Shown here: positions 17,114-20,000 of the stretch, in pieces
How the letters are laid out: the number at the start of each line of letters is the position of its first letter
Numbering within the stretch: position 1 is the stretch's first letter
Program-made: the position numbers and the translations under genes
Source of the DNA: an uncultured virus (IMG/VR IMGVR_UViG_3300024933_000029)
Lineage: Duplodnaviria; Heunggongvirae; Uroviricota; Caudoviricetes
IMG/VR virus record: IMGVR_UViG_3300024933_000029
Location: 52,401-72,400 of that record
Length of the DNA stretch: 20,000 nt
Strand: one strand, 5' to 3'
The notes under the pieces: model-generated
What the model was told of the DNA's origin: nothing
What the model saw: only the letters and a program-made list of their open reading frames with translations
Database searches by the model: none

Positions 17114-17908
17114 ATGGCGAACCCTATCGTCCCCTGGCTTGGCGGCAAGCGCCGTCTTGCCGATGTCATCGTTCCCCGTTTCCCCCCGCACAAGTGCTAT
17201 GTCGAAGTCTTTGCAGGCGGTGCGGCGCTCTATTTCATGCGCCCGCCGGCAGAGGTGGAAGTCATCAACGATATCAACGGCGAGCTGGTCAATCTGTACC
17301 GGATCGTCCAGCGGCACCTCGAGGAGTTCGTGCGCCAATTCAAGTGGGCACTGTCCTCGCGCGAGGTATTCAAATGGCTGCAGATCACGCGGCCGGAAAC
17401 CCTGACCGACATCGAGCGCGCGGCGCGTTTCTACTACCTCCAGCACCAGGCCTTCGGCGGCAAGGTCTCCGGCCAAACTTGGGGCACGGCCACGACTGCG
17501 CCTGCACCCACCGTCAACCTCCTGCGCCTGGAGGAAGACCTGAGCGCCGCCCATATGCGACTGCATGGCGCATACATCGAGCGATTGGACTGGCGCGACT
17601 GCATGAAGCGATACGACCGGCCGCACACTCTGTTTTATCTCGACCCCCCGTATTGGGAGACGGAAGGATATGGCGTGCCTTTCGAGTGGGCCGAGTACGA
17701 GGCCATGGCCGAGCGTATGCGCAACTTGCAGGGCAAGGCCGTGCTGAGCATCAACGACCATCCGGCCATCCGTGAATGCTTCGCTGGCCTGCATGTTGAG
17801 GTCGTGCCGATCACCTACATCGTGGCCGGCGGCGGCAGTGGCGTGCAGCGCACTGAACTGGTCTACAGCAGCTGGGATCGCGCAGCCGAGCCCGTAGGTT
17901 TGTTCTGA
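17114..17908 (+). CDS. D12-class (Dam-like) N6-adenine DNA methyltransferase, 264 aa
   Basis: PWLGGKRRL, SAM-binding YVEVFAGGAA, INDIN and catalytic DPPY motifs, with a GGAG RBS. No cognate endonuclease nearby. Confidence 0.93.
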   Translation: MANPIVPWLGGKRRLADVIVPRFPPHKCYVEVFAGGAALYFMRPPAEVEVINDINGELVNLYRIVQRHLEEFVRQFKWALSSREVFKWLQITRPETLTDIERAARFYYLQHQAFGGKVSGQTWGTATTAPAPTVNLLRLEEDLSAAHMRLHGAYIERLDWRDCMKRYDRPHTLFYLDPPYWETEGYGVPFEWAEYEAMAERMRNLQGKAVLSINDHPAIRECFAGLHVEVVPITYIVAGGGSGVQRTELVYSSWDRAAEPVGLF

Positions 17909-17920
17909 GTTTCGCGGCCG

Positions 17921-17976
17921 AGTCAAGCGCTGGCCCGTGTCCGACTGCGCAGTCGGACACGGGCCAGTGCTTGGCT
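17921..17976. repeat. Long palindrome (38-bp perfect core 17930-17967, 56 bp with two mismatches)
   Basis: CTGGCCCGTGTCCGACTGC|GCAGTCGGACACGGGCCAG with no spacer. The flanks AGTCAAGCG/TGCTTGGCT pair with two G-T positions. Confidence 0.95.
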
Positions 17977-18024
17977 GGTGCCGGTGACAGAGCGTTAATC
18001 GATTCAACGCAATAGGAGCACGCC

Positions 18025-18219
18025 ATGACCGCCACGAATCAGATCAAGACGCACCGTCAATACGACGCCGAAGACCACGCTTACCTCGCAGCCAAGGGCT
18101 GGACAGAGGCCCAGATCGTGGCGCGCTGGGATCAGGAGGCAGCAGCTGGCAACGGCCCATGCAGGTGGGTTGGGCGGTCAGCTCAGGCCAAGCTACAGGC
18201 AGTGATAAGGAGCCATTGA
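18025..18219 (+). CDS. Hypothetical protein, 64 aa
   Basis: AGGAG RBS 6 nt upstream, non-overlapping, plausible composition (YDAEDHAYLAAKGWTEAQIVARWD). Confidence 0.7.
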   Translation: MTATNQIKTHRQYDAEDHAYLAAKGWTEAQIVARWDQEAAAGNGPCRWVGRSAQAKLQAVIRSH

Positions 18220-18257
18220 CGATAGGGTGGGGCGCCATCAAAACAAATTCAAAAGCC

Positions 18258-18286
18258 TTGCGATAGTCTAAAAATTAGACTATATT
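18258..18286 (+). promoter_or_regulatory. Sigma70-type promoter with an overlapping inverted-repeat operator
   Basis: TTGCGA-17 bp-TATATT with an A-rich upstream tract. Perfect IR ATAGTCTAA-aaa-TTAGACTAT at 18263-18283. Confidence 0.75.
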
Positions 18287-18355
18287 TCCACCCATGGCAG
18301 CACAGCGCTGCATCCGCCCCGGCGGTTCCGGGCTTCCTTCATGAAGGATCACATC

Positions 18356-18784
18356 ATGTCGATTCAATCCGTCTCCGTCTCCGTCTCCGTAAAGCCCGTT
18401 GACTATCGTTGCCGTTTTTGGGCAAAGGTTGTCCGCGGCGGCGTTGTTCTCCCGGTGCCGAACAAGGTGCTTGGCGCCAACGATGTGCCTGGCGCATACC
18501 TCAAGCAGGGTGACGAGGAACTGTTCGCAGGCGACTTCCTGCTGATTGGTGAAGAGGTTCATCACCGCAAGGCGCGTGGCTGGGACTACAAGATGAAATT
18601 CATTGATCCTCGCACCGGGCAATTGCGCACCGTCGCAGCGTTGAGCGAGCGCAAGGCCGTTGCGAAAGCCAATGGTTTGCCTGTCGAGCTGCTTGCTGGT
18701 AGCGGTGAAATCGCGGGACTGGTGCGGCTGGCCCACGCCGTGCGTTTGGGTATCAGCATCGACCTGCCGGCAGACGCGGAGTAA
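18356..18784 (+). CDS. Hypothetical protein, 142 aa
   Basis: AAGGA RBS 7 nt before ATG 18356 (the 18341 ATG lacks an RBS). First gene after the predicted promoter. Confidence 0.75.
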   Translation: MSIQSVSVSVSVKPVDYRCRFWAKVVRGGVVLPVPNKVLGANDVPGAYLKQGDEELFAGDFLLIGEEVHHRKARGWDYKMKFIDPRTGQLRTVAALSERKAVAKANGLPVELLAGSGEIAGLVRLAHAVRLGISIDLPADAE

Positions 18785-18840
18785 TTGTGTTCGCCCCCTC
18801 GGCCGAATGGCTCGTGGGGGCATCTCAAGGAACGAACACG

Positions 18841-19812
18841 ATGACAATTTTTGACCGCGTTTTATCCACGTTGCGGCGTGTCCGCGCTCCCGAGTTGAAG
18901 GGCATTTCGCCTGTTCAAACGTTCGAGGATATGGAGGCTTGCTACTTCGCTGCGCTGAACAACATGGCCCTCAATCCGCTGACGCTCCAGAACAAGCGGG
19001 GCGTGTTGCAACACCTGCGGCCGGCGTTTCAGGGGCGGGAGCTGCGCAGCATTCGGCCCTGGGAAATAGGGCGGCTCGTCAAGAGCATTCACGATCTCGG
19101 CCTGCATGTCACTTCCCGTCATGCGCTGCAGGAGCTGCGCGCGATGTTCAATGTCGCGCTCATGGAGGGATGGGTTGACGCTAACCCAGCTCTGCATGTC
19201 AAGCGCCTGCCGGCGCCTGTGCGGCGATCTCGGTTGACGCTGGAACAGTTCACGGCGATCCATGACTACAGTCGCGAGCGCATGCCTGCGTGGTTCGCCA
19301 TCGCCCTGCGGCTGGCTTTAGTGACCGGGCAACGGCGTGCGGACTTGGTGAGACTCGGGCGAGGCGACGTCAGAGACGGGCATCTCTTTGTTGAGCAGCA
19401 AAAGACGGGCGCTCGCGTGGCCATCCCGCTGGCCCTGCGCCTGGATGCCCTGAATATCACTGTTGCTGAAGTAGTCCGGGACTGCCTCGAATACAAGCCG
19501 CTTGATGGCGAGTGGTTGCTGCGCACCGGGGCTCGGCCGCATCGTCGGCTCCATCCGCAGACTGTCTCGCATCGCTTCTGGCTTGCGCAACAAGCTGCAG
19601 CTCCGTATACGGGTGAGGGCACGCCGCCAACCTTTCATGAGATCCGCTCGCTGTCGGCGCGTCTGTACCGGCACCAAGGCGTTGATACTCAAACGTTGCT
19701 CGGGCACGCGAAAGCCAGCATGACGGAGGTGTATGAGGACGACAGAGGGCTGACACGACACCTTTGGAAGTACGTTCTGCTCCCATCGTCTGGCGATAAA
19801 CTCGCGCCATGA
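18841..19812 (+). CDS. Tyrosine recombinase closely resembling lambda Int core-binding + catalytic domains, 323 aa
   Basis: LALVTGQRRADL (R), EQQKTG (K), PPTFHEIRSLSARLY (HxxR), LLGH (H) and MTEVYEDDRG (Y); AAGGA RBS. Confidence 0.92.
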   Translation: MTIFDRVLSTLRRVRAPELKGISPVQTFEDMEACYFAALNNMALNPLTLQNKRGVLQHLRPAFQGRELRSIRPWEIGRLVKSIHDLGLHVTSRHALQELRAMFNVALMEGWVDANPALHVKRLPAPVRRSRLTLEQFTAIHDYSRERMPAWFAIALRLALVTGQRRADLVRLGRGDVRDGHLFVEQQKTGARVAIPLALRLDALNITVAEVVRDCLEYKPLDGEWLLRTGARPHRRLHPQTVSHRFWLAQQAAAPYTGEGTPPTFHEIRSLSARLYRHQGVDTQTLLGHAKASMTEVYEDDRGLTRHLWKYVLLPSSGDKLAP

Positions 19813-20000
19813 GCAGCAACCAATCCGATCGAGAGGCGCCCGAGAATTCGGGCCTCGTGCCACTGCCACTGCGGGTCACTCAGGAGCGTAAGGCGCGCTG
19901 GGTGCAGCAGTCCAGGGCCGAGGGGAAGAAGCTGACCGATTGGATTGTTGAGCGGGTGGAGCGCGCCAACCCAACGAGTGACCAGCGTGACCGCAAATGA
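19809..20000 (+). CDS. Small ribbon-helix-helix-like DNA-binding protein, 63 aa
   Basis: ATGA overlap with the recombinase. LPLRVTQERKARWVQQSRAEGKKLTDWIVERVE fits a beta-strand/helix/G-x-x-L-x-x-W/helix RHH pattern. Confidence 0.6.
   Translation: MSSNQSDREAPENSGLVPLPLRVTQERKARWVQQSRAEGKKLTDWIVERVERANPTSDQRDRK

Larger units (their letters stand above)
1..20000 (+). mobile_element. Tailed phage/prophage segment (late structural genes, lysis, methylase, recombinase module); extends beyond at least the left edge
   Basis: Tightly packed co-oriented genes with capsid, tape measure, transglycosylase, Rz/Rz1, DNA MTase and tyrosine recombinase motifs. No att site identifiable. Confidence 0.95.

Noticed and set aside
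16691..18007. 438-aa minus-strand ORF
   Set aside because: It lies antisense to Rz/Rz1 and to the methyltransferase, which have clear motifs.
18368..18390. (TCCGTC)n hexamer repeat as a phase-variation tract
   Set aside because: Fewer than four full copies and a multiple of 3, so slippage would only change Ser-Val count.
18841..19812. Calling the recombinase a protelomerase
   Set aside because: Too short, and its motifs match lambda Int rather than TelN; kept only as a testable hypothesis linked to the palindrome.

Overview
High-GC (pro)phage region from a diderm host (it carries spanins), read almost entirely on the + strand. It covers the right part of a lambdoid/siphovirus-type late operon: 5'-truncated major capsid, an FI-position protein with six 15-aa charged repeats, head-tail joining and tail-completion proteins, tail tube, a 1307-aa tape measure and a cluster of tail tip/fiber genes. 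No sheath gene is present in the window. A lysis cassette follows, made of a 3-TM holin-like domain fused to a lytic transglycosylase plus Rz with embedded Rz1. After it come a D12/Dam-class adenine methyltransferase with a structured leader, a 38-bp perfect (56-bp near-perfect) palindrome and a small accessory module. That module is a sigma70 promoter with an inverted-repeat operator, an unknown 142-aa ORF, a lambda-Int-like recombinase lacking the arm-binding domain, and an RHH-like protein. Most unusual points: (1) a tail tip protein apparently split into two genes in the middle of a repeated domain, with a 10-bp direct repeat flanking the break; (2) the holin-endolysin fusion with a signal-peptidase-like site; (3) an antisense membrane-protein gene where tail assembly chaperones normally sit; (4) the arm-less Int, palindrome and autoregulated operon at the right end. 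All functional calls come from motif recognition and synteny; no database search was run.
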